NCBI GenBank assembly: GCA_040390665.1
Contig: JAZJXX010000019.1
Span: 76,254 to 140,253 of the forward strand
Direction: 5' to 3'
Length of the DNA stretch: 64,000 bases
Source: Pseudomonadota bacterium
GTDB lineage: Bacteria > Pseudomonadota > Gammaproteobacteria > Burkholderiales > Gallionellaceae
Position numbers and translations under genes: made by a program. Positions 36,132 through 46,866 of this stretch are shown here, piece by piece. Within the stretch, counting starts at the first letter, position 1, and every line of letters begins with the position of its first letter. Under the pieces are notes generated by a model, which was not told the origin of the DNA, did no database searches, and worked only from the letters and a program-made list of their open reading frames with translations.

Positions 36132-36670
36132 AGTGTTGTGCGGTGCTGTGGCTGTGCTGCATTTGCAATCTTGCGCTTGCCGAGGATTTCTCCGCCCGGG
36201 TAATTGCAGTGATGGACGGCGATACGGTATTGGCGCTGCACGACGGCCAGCGCATTAAACTGCGCCTGGCCAATATTGATGCGCCGGAAATGAGCCAGGA
36301 TTTTGGCCCGGCAGCCAGATTGTCCCTCGTCGAACTGGTGTTGCTAAAGCCGGTACGGACAACCATTGTCGGCGTCGATAAATACCAGCGTCTGGTGGCG
36401 ATTTTGCGCATTGCTGAGCACAGCATTAACGAAGAGCAAGTGCGCCGCGGCATGGCGTGGGCATCGGTGCGACGGCAAACCGGCGCAGCGGGAAAGCGTG
36501 GCAACGCTACGCCACAGAACTTTTCAACAGTCGGTTTGGCTGCTCGGGATCTGATTGCGCTGCAACGGCAGGCAAAAACGGCCAAGCGGGGATTATGGGG
36601 CCAGGCCCATCCGATACCCCCTTGGCGATGGCGCAAAACCCATCCGAACAGTCAGCAGTTCGCGCACTAA
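36128..36670 (+). CDS. Thermonuclease (SNase) family protein
   Basis: DGDT, IDAPE, DKYQR, RGLW, PWRWR. Confidence 0.9.
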   Translation: MKCCAVLWLCCICNLALAEDFSARVIAVMDGDTVLALHDGQRIKLRLANIDAPEMSQDFGPAARLSLVELVLLKPVRTTIVGVDKYQRLVAILRIAEHSINEEQVRRGMAWASVRRQTGAAGKRGNATPQNFSTVGLAARDLIALQRQAKTAKRGLWGQAHPIPPWRWRKTHPNSQQFAH

Positions 36671-36682
36671 TTTCCCGCCTGG

Positions 36683-37420
36683 TCAGTGGCTCTGTAACGC
36701 GAAGTTTTCCCAAGTGCAGCCTTCGGCGTTGCAGCATAGAGCGTTGCCTGTGTCATGCCAGTCGCCCAGTACCCAGCGTTCGCACAAATGGCCGTCAACC
36801 GTATGCAGATGGCGTTTGCGTCGGTGGGTATGGCCGTGAATCAGCCTCGGGTAGGCGTGCTGGCGCAACAGCGCGGCCACCGCTTCCGCATTTACGTCCA
36901 TGATCTCGCTACTCTTGTATTGCTTTTCATTTTCGCTGCGGTTACGCAGCTGCTGGATATATGCCTTGCGTTGCGGTAGCGGCCTGGCCAGAAACTGTTG
37001 TTGCCATGCCGGATCGTGAACCTGGCTGCGGTAAATCTGGTACGCAATATCGTCGGTACATAAAGTGTCGCCATGGACCAGCAGCGTTGCCGTACCGTAT
37101 AAATCCAGCAGAGTCGGATCAGGCAACAGCGTGGCGGCGCTAGCCTGCGCCAATTTGTGGCCCATCAATAAATCACGGTTGCCGTGCATCAGGTATACGC
37201 GGGTGCCGCGCGCATCCAGCTCGCGCATTGCTGCAACGATGGACTGATGGAATGGATCTTCCAGATCATCATCGCCAGCCCAGTATTCGAACAGATCGCC
37301 AAGGATATATAGCGCTTCGGCCCGGGGCGCGCGTTGCTGCATGAAGTCAAGAAATAACCGCGTGGCAGGAGGTTGCTCCGCGCGCAGGTGCAGATCGGAA
37401 ATGAACAGGGTGTGTTGCAT
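36683..37420 (-). CDS. lpxH: UDP-2,3-diacylglucosamine hydrolase
   Basis: FISDLHL, LGDLFE, HGNRD, HGHTH. Confidence 0.96.
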   Translation of the reverse strand: MQHTLFISDLHLRAEQPPATRLFLDFMQQRAPRAEALYILGDLFEYWAGDDDLEDPFHQSIVAAMRELDARGTRVYLMHGNRDLLMGHKLAQASAATLLPDPTLLDLYGTATLLVHGDTLCTDDIAYQIYRSQVHDPAWQQQFLARPLPQRKAYIQQLRNRSENEKQYKSSEIMDVNAEAVAALLRQHAYPRLIHGHTHRRKRHLHTVDGHLCERWVLGDWHDTGNALCCNAEGCTWENFALQSH

Positions 37421-37427
37421 GGGAAGT

Positions 37428-37451
37428 AAAACGGCGCCGAAGCGCCGTTTT
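37428..37451. terminator. Hairpin/terminator between ppi and lpxH
   Basis: AAAACGGCGC-cgaa-GCGCCGTTTT. Confidence 0.65.
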
Positions 37452-37452
37452 G

Positions 37453-38055
37453 TTATTTGACTACTTCTGCCTTGGTAATAACTACATCGTCCAATGGCAC
37501 ATTTTCGAATCCGTTGCGCCTGCCAGTCTTGACCTTGGCGATCGCATCCACCACGTCCTTGCCTTCCACTACTTTGCCGAACACGGTGTAGCCGTAACCC
37601 TGATTGTTAGGGGCGGTGAAGTTCAGGAAGCCGTTATCTTTTACGTTAATAAAAAACTGTGCAGTAGCCGAATGCGGATCGGATGTGCGCGCCATCGCAA
37701 CGGTGTATTTATCGTTTTTCAACCCGTTGGCCGCTTCATTCTGTACCGGAGGCCGGGTCGATTTCTGATCCATGCCCGCCAGGAAACCGCCGCCCTGAAT
37801 CATGAAGTCGTCAATGACGCGATGGAAGATGGTGCCGTTATAATATCCGGTGTTGACGTACTCGAGAAAGTTCTGAACGGTAAGCGGGGCTTTTTCATCC
37901 TCCAGTTCCAGCGTAATGATGCCGTGGTTTGTTTGTATTTTGACCATGCTGTGTTTTCCTTTTTGAACAGAGGATTGGGGAGTGGTGGCGGCGTGTGCGT
38001 TAAAGCACAAAAGTACTGCAAAAAAAAGGCCGGTAAAAGCTTTTAAAATAGTCAT
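37453..38055 (-). CDS. Cyclophilin-type PPIase with signal peptide
   Basis: [32 protein letters not shown]; N-terminal signal ending NAHA. Confidence 0.95.
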   Translation of the reverse strand: MTILKAFTGLFFAVLLCFNAHAATTPQSSVQKGKHSMVKIQTNHGIITLELEDEKAPLTVQNFLEYVNTGYYNGTIFHRVIDDFMIQGGGFLAGMDQKSTRPPVQNEAANGLKNDKYTVAMARTSDPHSATAQFFINVKDNGFLNFTAPNNQGYGYTVFGKVVEGKDVVDAIAKVKTGRRNGFENVPLDDVVITKAEVVK

Positions 38056-38104
38056 ATGAATTCCTGTCAGAATTGATTAATGCACGAGCGGATGCACGCC
38101 GGGT

Positions 38105-39277
38105 TTAGGCGGCACCCTCATAAATGATCTGCCAGCGATCATTACGCTTCATCCAGTACTGGCGTTTCTTCATACGGTTGGACAGGTTGCTGCTGCTGTA
38201 ATCCTGCTCGAAGTTAACAACTGCCATGTCGGACTGGTTGGGGTAGGCGAATACGCTGATGTCGGAAAGATTCACTTTGATCCAGGTCTTGGCTGAATTG
38301 ACCTGTTTTTTCTGGCGCGCCCAAGCCGAAAAATTTGCGTCGCCGCTGGAAAAATCGTTGGCGTAATGTTTGAGATAGGTATCGGTATCGAGGCTGGCCC
38401 AGTCACTGCGCCATTGCTCTATTTCTTTCAGCAGCGAGGCGCGTTCTTCGTCGTTCTGTTCGTTGCTCCAGTCCATCTGGCTGGTGATGATGACCGGCGT
38501 TACACCGATCTGCAATATCTTGGACAGGCTGACCAGATCTTCATTCGAAAGAACCACACAGCCATTGCTGGCGCGGGGCGGTCGGCTGTAGGTGGCGCTG
38601 GGGGTGCCATGCAGCCAGATGCCATGTCCGTCGCGGTTCTGTTTACGGTCCCATTCGTTCGGGTAGCTCAGCGGAAAGGCGCCACTACCGTAAAAATCGG
38701 TGAGCTTGTTCTTGGGCAGGCTGCCCTTGACGAAATAAACGCCGAGCGGGGTTTTCTGGTCGCCTTCAGCCAGCTTCTCACCTTCTTTTTTGCCTGTGCT
38801 GATATAAAAGTCAGTTACGTAGCGCGGCTGACCGTCTACATTCTGATACAGGTAGAGCGTTGATTTGCTGGTGTCAACAACGATCGCGTAGCGTTGCTGG
38901 GCATCCAGTTTCCACAGGAATTTGGGCACCAGTGCGGTCGAAGACGGATCCTGAACGCGGCGCAAACGCACCCGGGCTTCATCACGGAAATCCTGCATAC
39001 GCTTCGCTGCGTCTGGAGCATTGCCGAAATTGCTCAACGGGCGCGCGTGCGCCAGCAACAGGTCGCCTTTGACCAATTGGGCCAGCTGAAAATTGGGATT
39101 AAGCTTGAGTAGCGTGTCAACTTCATTGAGGGCCACATCAAGTTTGTTACCGGAAATGGACAGCAGGCTGTTCACCAGTAACTTTTCCATATTGCGTGGC
39201 CGCTGAGCGCTTTCATGCTCTCCGGCATGGGCCGGGGCAAGCATGAAAGCCATAATCAATAACGGGGTGATGCGCAT
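38105..39277 (-). CDS. L,D-transpeptidase family protein
   Basis: GDQKTPLG, IWLHG, SNGCV; C-terminal NTF2/SnoaL-like domain. Confidence 0.9.
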   Translation of the reverse strand: MRITPLLIMAFMLAPAHAGEHESAQRPRNMEKLLVNSLLSISGNKLDVALNEVDTLLKLNPNFQLAQLVKGDLLLAHARPLSNFGNAPDAAKRMQDFRDEARVRLRRVQDPSSTALVPKFLWKLDAQQRYAIVVDTSKSTLYLYQNVDGQPRYVTDFYISTGKKEGEKLAEGDQKTPLGVYFVKGSLPKNKLTDFYGSGAFPLSYPNEWDRKQNRDGHGIWLHGTPSATYSRPPRASNGCVVLSNEDLVSLSKILQIGVTPVIITSQMDWSNEQNDEERASLLKEIEQWRSDWASLDTDTYLKHYANDFSSGDANFSAWARQKKQVNSAKTWIKVNLSDISVFAYPNQSDMAVVNFEQDYSSSNLSNRMKKRQYWMKRNDRWQIIYEGAA

Positions 39278-39278
39278 G

Positions 39279-40268
39279 CTACTTGGAACGTTCCTCCTGA
39301 ATCAGCCAGTTTCCGGCGTCCTTGACCATAACCAGGGTCTTGTTGGAAGACTCAGTCAAGTGCGACGCCCGATAGGATTGTTTAAACGACACAGTAGCGT
39401 GGTTTTCATCGGTAAAGACAACATTTGGAGCATTGACTGTGACTTCTATCGCAGCGGGTTTGCTGATTCGGGTGTTGCGTTGGGCTTCCCAGGCACTGCG
39501 GCTTTCACCGCCCGGGGTCTTAAAATCCTTGGCATAGAATGCCAGATAATCTTTAACATTTTTGGCGGACCAGGCGCTGGCCCAACCCTGTACGGCCTTC
39601 AATACTTCATCCTTGTTGCCAGCAACAGTTTTTCCAGCCGTTCCTGACGTCGCTTCGGTTGGTGCTGTTGCTGGGGTTGGCGCTGACGGTGGCGGGGCAG
39701 TCTCGGAGGTGGCTACGTGCGTAGCTTTGCTGCCTTTGCTGCCCTTGGTGCCGGTAAACAGATCCTTGATCATTGCCAGCTTGGTTTGCGTGCTGGTGTT
39801 GTTGTGGTCCAGTTGCAACGCGCGGTCATAAGCCTGGCTGGCGAGCTTGGCATAAATATCGCCCAGGTTCTCGTGCGCAGTGGCATAGCTGGGATGGGTG
39901 CGGATCGCCATCTCCAGCGCGACGCGGGCTTTCTCATACTGGTTCTGGCTGGCATACAGCACTGCCAGATTGTTATAAGGCTCAGGCAACTCCGGATAGT
40001 CCTCGGTTAATTCGGTAAATACACGAATGGCGTCGGCAGTCTTGTTCTGCTCAGTCAGGATCAGCCCCTTGAGGAAACGGGCCTGCGCATCCTTCGGCTT
40101 GCTGGCAAGATAGGCATCGACCCGTTCCAGTGCCTTAGCCTGTTGTCCCTGCTTGAGCAGCTTGCTGATATCCTGGATTTCATCCGCGCTTGCGCTAAGG
40201 CTGAAGCACAATAGCAGAGCGCTTCCGCACAATGTGGCGCGTCGGCAGAAACGGTTGAGTTTGTCCAT
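39279..40268 (-). CDS. TPR protein with C-terminal NTF2-like domain
   Basis: Signal peptide, PEPYNNLAVLY TPRs, WASAWSAK domain. Confidence 0.88.
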   Translation of the reverse strand: MDKLNRFCRRATLCGSALLLCFSLSASADEIQDISKLLKQGQQAKALERVDAYLASKPKDAQARFLKGLILTEQNKTADAIRVFTELTEDYPELPEPYNNLAVLYASQNQYEKARVALEMAIRTHPSYATAHENLGDIYAKLASQAYDRALQLDHNNTSTQTKLAMIKDLFTGTKGSKGSKATHVATSETAPPPSAPTPATAPTEATSGTAGKTVAGNKDEVLKAVQGWASAWSAKNVKDYLAFYAKDFKTPGGESRSAWEAQRNTRISKPAAIEVTVNAPNVVFTDENHATVSFKQSYRASHLTESSNKTLVMVKDAGNWLIQEERSK

Positions 40269-40524
40269 TGTGTATTTTCCCGAAAATGATTTACGGCAAG
40301 ATTGGTTAATTAATATCGCTAAAATTTATGGACTTCGATTCGTGAGAGGGGTTCTCAAGGTAATCTGAATTCTACCAAAAAAACCGGATTGTTTCACAAG
40401 TTATCTGTTCGCCAATTAAGCCGCCGCGCCGTAGTTGTTTGAGTGCATGAGTTTTCGGGTAAAATTATGACTTAGGGCTATCATTCCCGCTTGCCCTCAT
40501 TCTGAACGAAAGAACCGCTGAATT

Positions 40525-42210
40525 ATGAGCAGTAACGCACAGATGCCTCTTCCGCACTTCATTCGTACTATTGTCGAGGCGGATCTGGCCTCCGGCAAGC
40601 ATCAGAGTGTGGCGACCCGCTTCCCGCCTGAACCGAACGGCTATCTGCATGTGGGGCACGCCAAATCGATCTGCCTGAATTTTGGTCTGGCGCATGACTA
40701 CAAAGGCATCTGCAATCTGCGTTTCGACGACACTAACCCGGAAAAGGAAAGCGATGAGTACGCGCTTTCGATCCAGCAGGACGTGCAATGGCTGGGTTTT
40801 CAGTGGCATGGGCCGGTGCGCTGGGCGTCGGATTATTTCGAGCAGCTGTATGGTTATGCGGTCGAACTGATCAAACAGGGTAACGCCTATGTGGATGAGC
40901 TGAGCGCCGACGAAATACGCGCGCACCGCGGCACACTGACCGAGCCGGGCAAAAACAGCCCCTACCGCGAGCGCAGTGTGGCTGACAACCTCGATTTGTT
41001 TGCGCGTATGCGAGCCGGAGAGTTCGCCGACGGCAGCAAGGTGCTGCGCGCCAAAATAGACATGAGTTCAGGCAACATCAATCTGCGCGATCCGGTGATT
41101 TACCGCATCCGCCGCGCACACCATATCCGCACCGGCGATCAGTGGTGCATTTACCCGATGTACGATTACACCCATTGTATTTCCGATGCGCTGGAAAAAA
41201 TCACTCACTCGCTGTGCACGCTGGAGTTTGAAGATCACCGGCCGTTGTACGACTGGGTGCTGGATCAGCTAACCGTGCCCAGCCATCCGCAGCAGATTGA
41301 ATTCTCGCGGCTGGAATTGCAGTACACCATCACCAGCAAGCGCAAGCTGTTGCAGCTGGTCAATGAGCGGCTGGTGTCCGGCTGGGATGACCCGCGTATG
41401 CCTACCATCGTCGGCATGCGCCGGCGCGGCTATACGCCGCAGGGCTTGCGTGAATTTGCCCGCCGCATCGGTATTTCAAAAAGTGAAAACATTGTTGACA
41501 TGGCCGTGCTGGAAGGCTGTATCCGCGAGGATCTGGAGAGTAACGCGCCGCGCATCATGGCGGTGGTTCGTCCGTTGAAAGTAATCATCAGCAATTTTGC
41601 CGCAGCCGATGCGCAATCCCGCGTAGCGGACTTTCATCCGCAACAGCCTCAACTGGGCAGTCGTACGGTGCCGTTCAGCCAGCAAATATGGATAGAGGCG
41701 GATGATTTTGCTGAAGCGCCGCCCGCCGGCTGGCAACGGCTGACCCCGGGCGGCGAAGTACGGCTGCGCTACAGCTATGTCATGCGTTGCGACGAGGTCA
41801 TCAAGGACCAGGCCGGCAATGTCATTGAACTACGTTGCTCGATCGACGCTGAAACGCTGGGTAAAAATCCGGTTGGCCGCAAGGTAAAAGGCGTGATCCA
41901 CTGGCTCAGTGCGGCGCACGCGCTGCCCGCGGAGTTTCGTTTGTACGATCGCCTGTTCACTGTGGCGGAGCCGGATGCCGACAAACAGCGCAGCTTTGTC
42001 GAATTCATCAATCCGGAATCACTCGCCGTGGCGCATGGCTGGGTCGAGTCCGCAGCCGCCGCAGCCGCCGCGGAAGCGCGCTACCAATTTGAACGCCTGG
42101 GCTATTTCTGCGCCGATCGCCACGACCACCGGCCCGGAGAAAAGCTGATATTCAACCGGACGGTCACGTTGAAAGATCCATGGGCAAAAAGCGCGGCAGA
42201 AAAAAGCTGA
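40525..42210 (+). CDS. glnS: Glutamine-tRNA ligase
   Basis: [28 protein letters not shown]. Confidence 0.97.
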   Translation: MSSNAQMPLPHFIRTIVEADLASGKHQSVATRFPPEPNGYLHVGHAKSICLNFGLAHDYKGICNLRFDDTNPEKESDEYALSIQQDVQWLGFQWHGPVRWASDYFEQLYGYAVELIKQGNAYVDELSADEIRAHRGTLTEPGKNSPYRERSVADNLDLFARMRAGEFADGSKVLRAKIDMSSGNINLRDPVIYRIRRAHHIRTGDQWCIYPMYDYTHCISDALEKITHSLCTLEFEDHRPLYDWVLDQLTVPSHPQQIEFSRLELQYTITSKRKLLQLVNERLVSGWDDPRMPTIVGMRRRGYTPQGLREFARRIGISKSENIVDMAVLEGCIREDLESNAPRIMAVVRPLKVIISNFAAADAQSRVADFHPQQPQLGSRTVPFSQQIWIEADDFAEAPPAGWQRLTPGGEVRLRYSYVMRCDEVIKDQAGNVIELRCSIDAETLGKNPVGRKVKGVIHWLSAAHALPAEFRLYDRLFTVAEPDADKQRSFVEFINPESLAVAHGWVESAAAAAAAEARYQFERLGYFCADRHDHRPGEKLIFNRTVTLKDPWAKSAAEKS

Positions 42211-42250
42211 ACCCCTGCGGCACATAACTGTATCAAGCTGAGTACTCGAC

Positions 42251-43690
42251 ATGCTGAAAATCCATAATACCCTGGCCCGCGACAAGCAGGAATTTACTCC
42301 CATCTCCCCCGGCAAGGTGCGTATGTATGTATGCGGCATGACGGTGTATGACTATTGCCACCTGGGCCACGCGCGGGTAATGGTCGTGTTTGATATGGTC
42401 TATCGCTGGCTCAAGGCGAGCGGGCTGGAAGTGATCTATGTACGCAATATTACTGACATCGACGACAAGATCATCAAGCGCGCCGCGGAGAATAACGAAT
42501 CGATCCATGCACTGACACAGCGTTTCATCGATTTCATGCATGAGGATGAACGCGCGCTGGGTATTTTGCCGCCCGATTTTGAGCCGCGTGCAACGCAATA
42601 TGTGCCGCAGATGTTAACGATGATCGGTGCACTGGAGCGCAACGGATTGGCTTATCGCGCTGCGGATGGCGATGTAAATTACGCCGTGCGTAAATTCCCC
42701 GGTTATGGAAAGTTATCGGGGAAATCATTGCAGGATTTGCGCGCTGGTGAGCGGGTCAATGTGAACGACGATAAAAATGATCCGCTGGATTTCGTACTAT
42801 GGAAACATGCGCGGGAAGATGAGCCGGCAGAGGTGCAGTGGACCTCGCCCTGGGGCGCAGGCCGCCCCGGCTGGCACCTGGAGTGTTCCGCGATGAGCAC
42901 CGAAATACTGGGCACGCACTTTGACATACATGGCGGCGGCGCCGATTTGCAGTTTCCCCATCATGAAAACGAGATTGCGCAGAGCGAAGGTGCGCAGCCT
43001 GCGGGGCATCGGCATCCTTATGTGAATTACTGGATGCATAACGGCTTTGTGCGGGTCGATAATGAAAAAATGTCGAAGTCGCTGGGCAATTTTTTTACCA
43101 TCCGTGAAGTGCTGGAGAAGTATGACGCGGAAGTCGTGCGTTTTTTTATCCTGCGTGCGCATTACCGCAGCCAGCTGAATTATTCGGATGCGCATCTGGA
43201 CGATGCCAGAAACTCATTGACCAGTTTGTACACCGCGTTGAAAAATGCGCCTTGCGTTGAACAGGCGGTGGACTGGAGCGCATCCAGCGCGCTGTCCTTC
43301 AAGGCAGCAATGGATGATGACTTCAATACGCCCGAGGCCATAGCGGTATTGTTCGATCTGGCAAAAGAAGTTAACCGCTCCAAATCAGTTAAGGCCGCCG
43401 CTCAACTAAAAGCTCTGGGCAGCATATTGGGATTATTGCAGAACGATCCTCAGGCCTTCCTGCAGGGCAGGCGCGTCGCCGGTTTCAACATAACGCCGGG
43501 AGAGGCGCAGACGACAGCGTCGGCCGGCGTCGATCAGATGTCGGCCACCATCGAGCATTCGATTGCCGCGCGCATCGCTGCGAAGCAAGCCAAAAATTAC
43601 GCCGAAGCCGACCGCATTCGCAAAGATCTGCTGGAAGCCGGAATTGTGCTGGAAGACCATGCGGCTGGCACCACTTGGCGGCGTATCTAG
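42251..43690 (+). CDS. cysS: Cysteine-tRNA ligase
   Basis: [27 protein letters not shown]. Confidence 0.98.
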   Translation: MLKIHNTLARDKQEFTPISPGKVRMYVCGMTVYDYCHLGHARVMVVFDMVYRWLKASGLEVIYVRNITDIDDKIIKRAAENNESIHALTQRFIDFMHEDERALGILPPDFEPRATQYVPQMLTMIGALERNGLAYRAADGDVNYAVRKFPGYGKLSGKSLQDLRAGERVNVNDDKNDPLDFVLWKHAREDEPAEVQWTSPWGAGRPGWHLECSAMSTEILGTHFDIHGGGADLQFPHHENEIAQSEGAQPAGHRHPYVNYWMHNGFVRVDNEKMSKSLGNFFTIREVLEKYDAEVVRFFILRAHYRSQLNYSDAHLDDARNSLTSLYTALKNAPCVEQAVDWSASSALSFKAAMDDDFNTPEAIAVLFDLAKEVNRSKSVKAAAQLKALGSILGLLQNDPQAFLQGRRVAGFNITPGEAQTTASAGVDQMSATIEHSIAARIAAKQAKNYAEADRIRKDLLEAGIVLEDHAAGTTWRRI

Positions 43691-43748
43691 CGCTCAGTCA
43701 GCCCAATTTTGATTAACTGGTGGATCAGGCTCGGTAGATATTTCACAT

Positions 43749-44483
43749 TCAAGGCAGCTTGCCCGCCGCGACCATGCGGTTAAACAAAATAGGGGTCGAT
43801 ATCCAGGCCACCAGATCGTCGTAACTGGGCGTTGCAGTATGGCTTACATAATTGTTGTTGGCACTGCCGTCGCTGTTTTCCCGCTCATCCGGATTGCTGC
43901 TGATCGTCAGCTGCAGGCCCTGCGGGGTATAGGCGCCGGCGCCATTTTTCCCGTGCGAGATGATGATGGCCGCGGTGCCGAGTGCAATTTTTGTTCCCCC
44001 GGTGGCCGCTGACAGCACGTCCAGGTTGCCGGCCGTGCATAGCGCGAAAGTGGCCTGCGTGGGAGCTGGACTGGGAGTGCAGCCGCTGCCGAATGTGCTG
44101 CCGATTCCGTCGGCGAAATAATCGGTGACGCGGTAGGTGTAGCGGTTTCCCCAGGCGTCGCTTTCGCTAACGCCGAGCGTGGCCCAGGGTAGCACACCCG
44201 CTGAGCTGGCACCGGTGCATGGCGGCGTGCGCGAAATGCCCGCGTTGATCTGCCCAGCTGCTAATCCGGGTATGGCCGGACAAGGCAATTGTCCGTTGAT
44301 AATCGCGTAGCCGGTTAGCGCATCTTTAATTTCGTCCAGATTTTTTTCTGTCGCTGCAATCCTGCGTTGCTCCAGCTGTGCACCGAGCGGGACCAGTAGT
44401 CCGCCCAGCAGCAAACCGGCGATCATCAGCACCAGGGCCATTTCAATTAACGTAAAGCCATCCTGTGGTTTCATGCGCGCCAA
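43749..44483 (-). CDS. Prepilin-type (minor pilin/pseudopilin) protein
   Basis: G|FTLIEMALVL class III signal. Confidence 0.9.
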   Translation of the reverse strand: MARMKPQDGFTLIEMALVLMIAGLLLGGLLVPLGAQLEQRRIAATEKNLDEIKDALTGYAIINGQLPCPAIPGLAAGQINAGISRTPPCTGASSAGVLPWATLGVSESDAWGNRYTYRVTDYFADGIGSTFGSGCTPSPAPTQATFALCTAGNLDVLSAATGGTKIALGTAAIIISHGKNGAGAYTPQGLQLTISSNPDERENSDGSANNNYVSHTATPSYDDLVAWISTPILFNRMVAAGKLP

Positions 44484-45878
44484 TCAGCAGGCAGTGACCG
44501 CGAGTAACGGGTCGATACAGAACAGAACGTCATTGAAGGTGGGGCTCGCAGCGGGGCTGGAATAAGGATCGCGGCCGGTTGAAGAAAAATCGCCGGTGCG
44601 CGCTTCGAGAAAATTGGCCATCACGTTCCTGGCCGTGCGCGTCTGCTCGAGCGCAGCCAGTCGTGGCCCAGCGAATAACACTACGGCTGCGTAGGGTCTG
44701 CCGTTGACGGTAATGCAGTTGCCGCAAGGAGCGGTAGCGCCACCCTGGGCGCTGTACGCCGCGGACAAGGCATAAAATAATTGATCCTTCCAGTTGTCCC
44801 ACCACGGGTATAGACGTTGCAGCTCAGTCGTTGGGGTGGCGGCGTAGCTGGGGCAGGCCAATCCGTTGGCTGGAGCCATCAGTGTCGCGCCGCTCATGTT
44901 ATTGTGGGTTTGCGCATTGGTGGTGGCGACATCATATGGGATACGGCCAAAATAAAGATTGCTCCGGTCGCCATAATTGCTGTTAACCGCATAATCGCTC
45001 AACGTCAACGGGGCTGGCCATGGCAGGCTGAGATTGCCGCTGGCATTATTACGGCCATAACTGGCCAGGCACTCGGCCACGCGCAGGCTGAGCTGCCGCA
45101 GCGTGCTGGCAAAATCAGTGCGCTGCTGAATCGCGTTCCACAGATCCTGCCGGGTGATGAATATGAGTTGGTCATTGACGGTTCCATCTGCGGTCGCCCG
45201 GATGAATTTCCCGGCAGCGATATCGGTGTTATTGATGCCATGGCCGACATCGTTATCGAGGTAGTCGGCGCTGCTGTAGCTACCGCACAACATTCCGGCG
45301 GCTGCATGATTTTGTCCGGGCCGGGCAGCGTTCGGTGCGAACACAACGGCGACCGCCTGATTGTCCTCGGTAGTAAGCAACGTTCCATCGCCGGAAACGA
45401 CCTGGAGTTTGCCATTGGTGTCCCAATTCATCAGGCCGGTTTTGGGATTGTTTTTATAGTTGCCGGATACGGCATACCACAGACATTCACCATTGCCATC
45501 GCGTAGCGCCTGCAGCCCCAGCGTGCGCCACGGCAGTCTGCCGATCGCGCTGACATCTTTGCTGCCACAACTGGCCCTGGCGCTTCCCTCGGCAGGATTG
45601 CCGGAAAGATCCTTGCCGTTGACATCGGGGCAGGGCAGATAACCATGGGTTTCTCCGCTGTGATTATCGCCATAGGTAATCGCATACCCGATCAATGCAT
45701 CTCTGGCTTGCGCCAGCGCTGCAGCGGTTTGCTGCTGACGCGCTTTTTGTACGGCCGAAAGATTGAGCGTACTGGCCAGAACGGCGGTCACGCCCAGAAC
45801 CATTATCAGCAGCACGATCATCAATGCAATTCCCCGTTGCCGGTGAAGCTGGCAGTGGCAGCCATGAGTGTCGTACAC
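44484..45878 (-). CDS. Large PilX/GspK-like pilin-associated protein
   Basis: RQRG|IALMIVLL N-terminus; GYLPCPD, GRLPWRTLG motifs. Confidence 0.75.
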   Translation of the reverse strand: MYDTHGCHCQLHRQRGIALMIVLLIMVLGVTAVLASTLNLSAVQKARQQQTAAALAQARDALIGYAITYGDNHSGETHGYLPCPDVNGKDLSGNPAEGSARASCGSKDVSAIGRLPWRTLGLQALRDGNGECLWYAVSGNYKNNPKTGLMNWDTNGKLQVVSGDGTLLTTEDNQAVAVVFAPNAARPGQNHAAAGMLCGSYSSADYLDNDVGHGINNTDIAAGKFIRATADGTVNDQLIFITRQDLWNAIQQRTDFASTLRQLSLRVAECLASYGRNNASGNLSLPWPAPLTLSDYAVNSNYGDRSNLYFGRIPYDVATTNAQTHNNMSGATLMAPANGLACPSYAATPTTELQRLYPWWDNWKDQLFYALSAAYSAQGGATAPCGNCITVNGRPYAAVVLFAGPRLAALEQTRTARNVMANFLEARTGDFSSTGRDPYSSPAASPTFNDVLFCIDPLLAVTAC

Positions 45879-45880
45879 GG

Positions 45881-46249
45881 TTATTCGTCCGGGGCCAAAC
45901 TGCGCGGCTGATATGGCTGATCCAGCATGACTTTCTGGCCCACTCTGATAGCCATCGGTTGCGTTTTGCCGGGGATCGGAATCAGTAATATCTCGGGATT
46001 TTGCTCAGTGCTGCTGCCCACGTTCTGTGCAACGCCATTTATCCATGCGATGCGTGCGCCGCGTCGTTTTTGCACGACGCCGTTCAGGGTGATCGCTACG
46101 GCGTGATTGGCATTTTCGGCCATTTTGTTCTGCCGATTTTCGAGTTGCCCGCGCTGGTTCGGGGTGAAGAACACCCGTCCGAGATCTTCTGCGGACATGC
46201 AGGGCGCGGGGCACAGGGCCAGCAATAATATCAACCGCCCCCATTTCAC
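45881..46249 (-). CDS. Hypothetical T2SS/MSHA-cluster protein
   Basis: LGRVFFTP..R..L motif; in operon. Confidence 0.7.
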   Translation of the reverse strand: MKWGRLILLLALCPAPCMSAEDLGRVFFTPNQRGQLENRQNKMAENANHAVAITLNGVVQKRRGARIAWINGVAQNVGSSTEQNPEILLIPIPGKTQPMAIRVGQKVMLDQPYQPRSLAPDE

Positions 46250-46866
46250 GATTTTCTGCCTTCATTCTGTAGGCTTAACCAGCCGCCGCTGCACTCTGCT
46301 TTAAGCGGTATCGCATCTGCGGGATATTCATCGTTTTCCGGCGCCGCTTGGCGTTCCACGGCGCAATGATCCAGCATAAACCAGCCCGGAATTTCCGCAT
46401 CCAGCGCATCAAAAAATTGGGTCAATTGTACTTCGTGCAGCAAGTCCAGATTCAGGGTCATGCTGCTAATGCTGGCGTTGACTGGTCCTATCGCCAGACT
46501 TTCGGGAGGCACGTAATTTTGCTGCGGTAACAGGGTATATCTAAAATTCAGCACCCATCTCTGCCGATAAATTTTATCCAGGCCTTCGATCCAGCCCAGG
46601 CGTGGGTGGTTACCGTCCACAACATTGCGGAGTTGCAGCTGTTTAAACTCCGGCGCATAGATTTGCAGGTTCGCTTCATCTTCCCTGGCAATCGCCAGTT
46701 CCCTGGTGGCCAGCTGGAGCTGTGCCTGCAGTGCATCATGTTGCGCTTGTGCGCGCCCCAGCATATGGCCGCTGATCGCTATTGCGCCACTGCCCGTGCA
46801 CAGCATCGCCAGCACAGTCAGCAAGCTCCATTTAAGTTCTGCCAGATCGGCTAACGACACCATCAC
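46246..46866 (-). CDS. PilO-like inner-membrane platform protein
   Basis: N-terminal TM, coiled coil, LDLLHE ferredoxin-like region. Confidence 0.65.
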   Translation of the reverse strand: MMVSLADLAELKWSLLTVLAMLCTGSGAIAISGHMLGRAQAQHDALQAQLQLATRELAIAREDEANLQIYAPEFKQLQLRNVVDGNHPRLGWIEGLDKIYRQRWVLNFRYTLLPQQNYVPPESLAIGPVNASISSMTLNLDLLHEVQLTQFFDALDAEIPGWFMLDHCAVERQAAPENDEYPADAIPLKAECSGGWLSLQNEGRKS

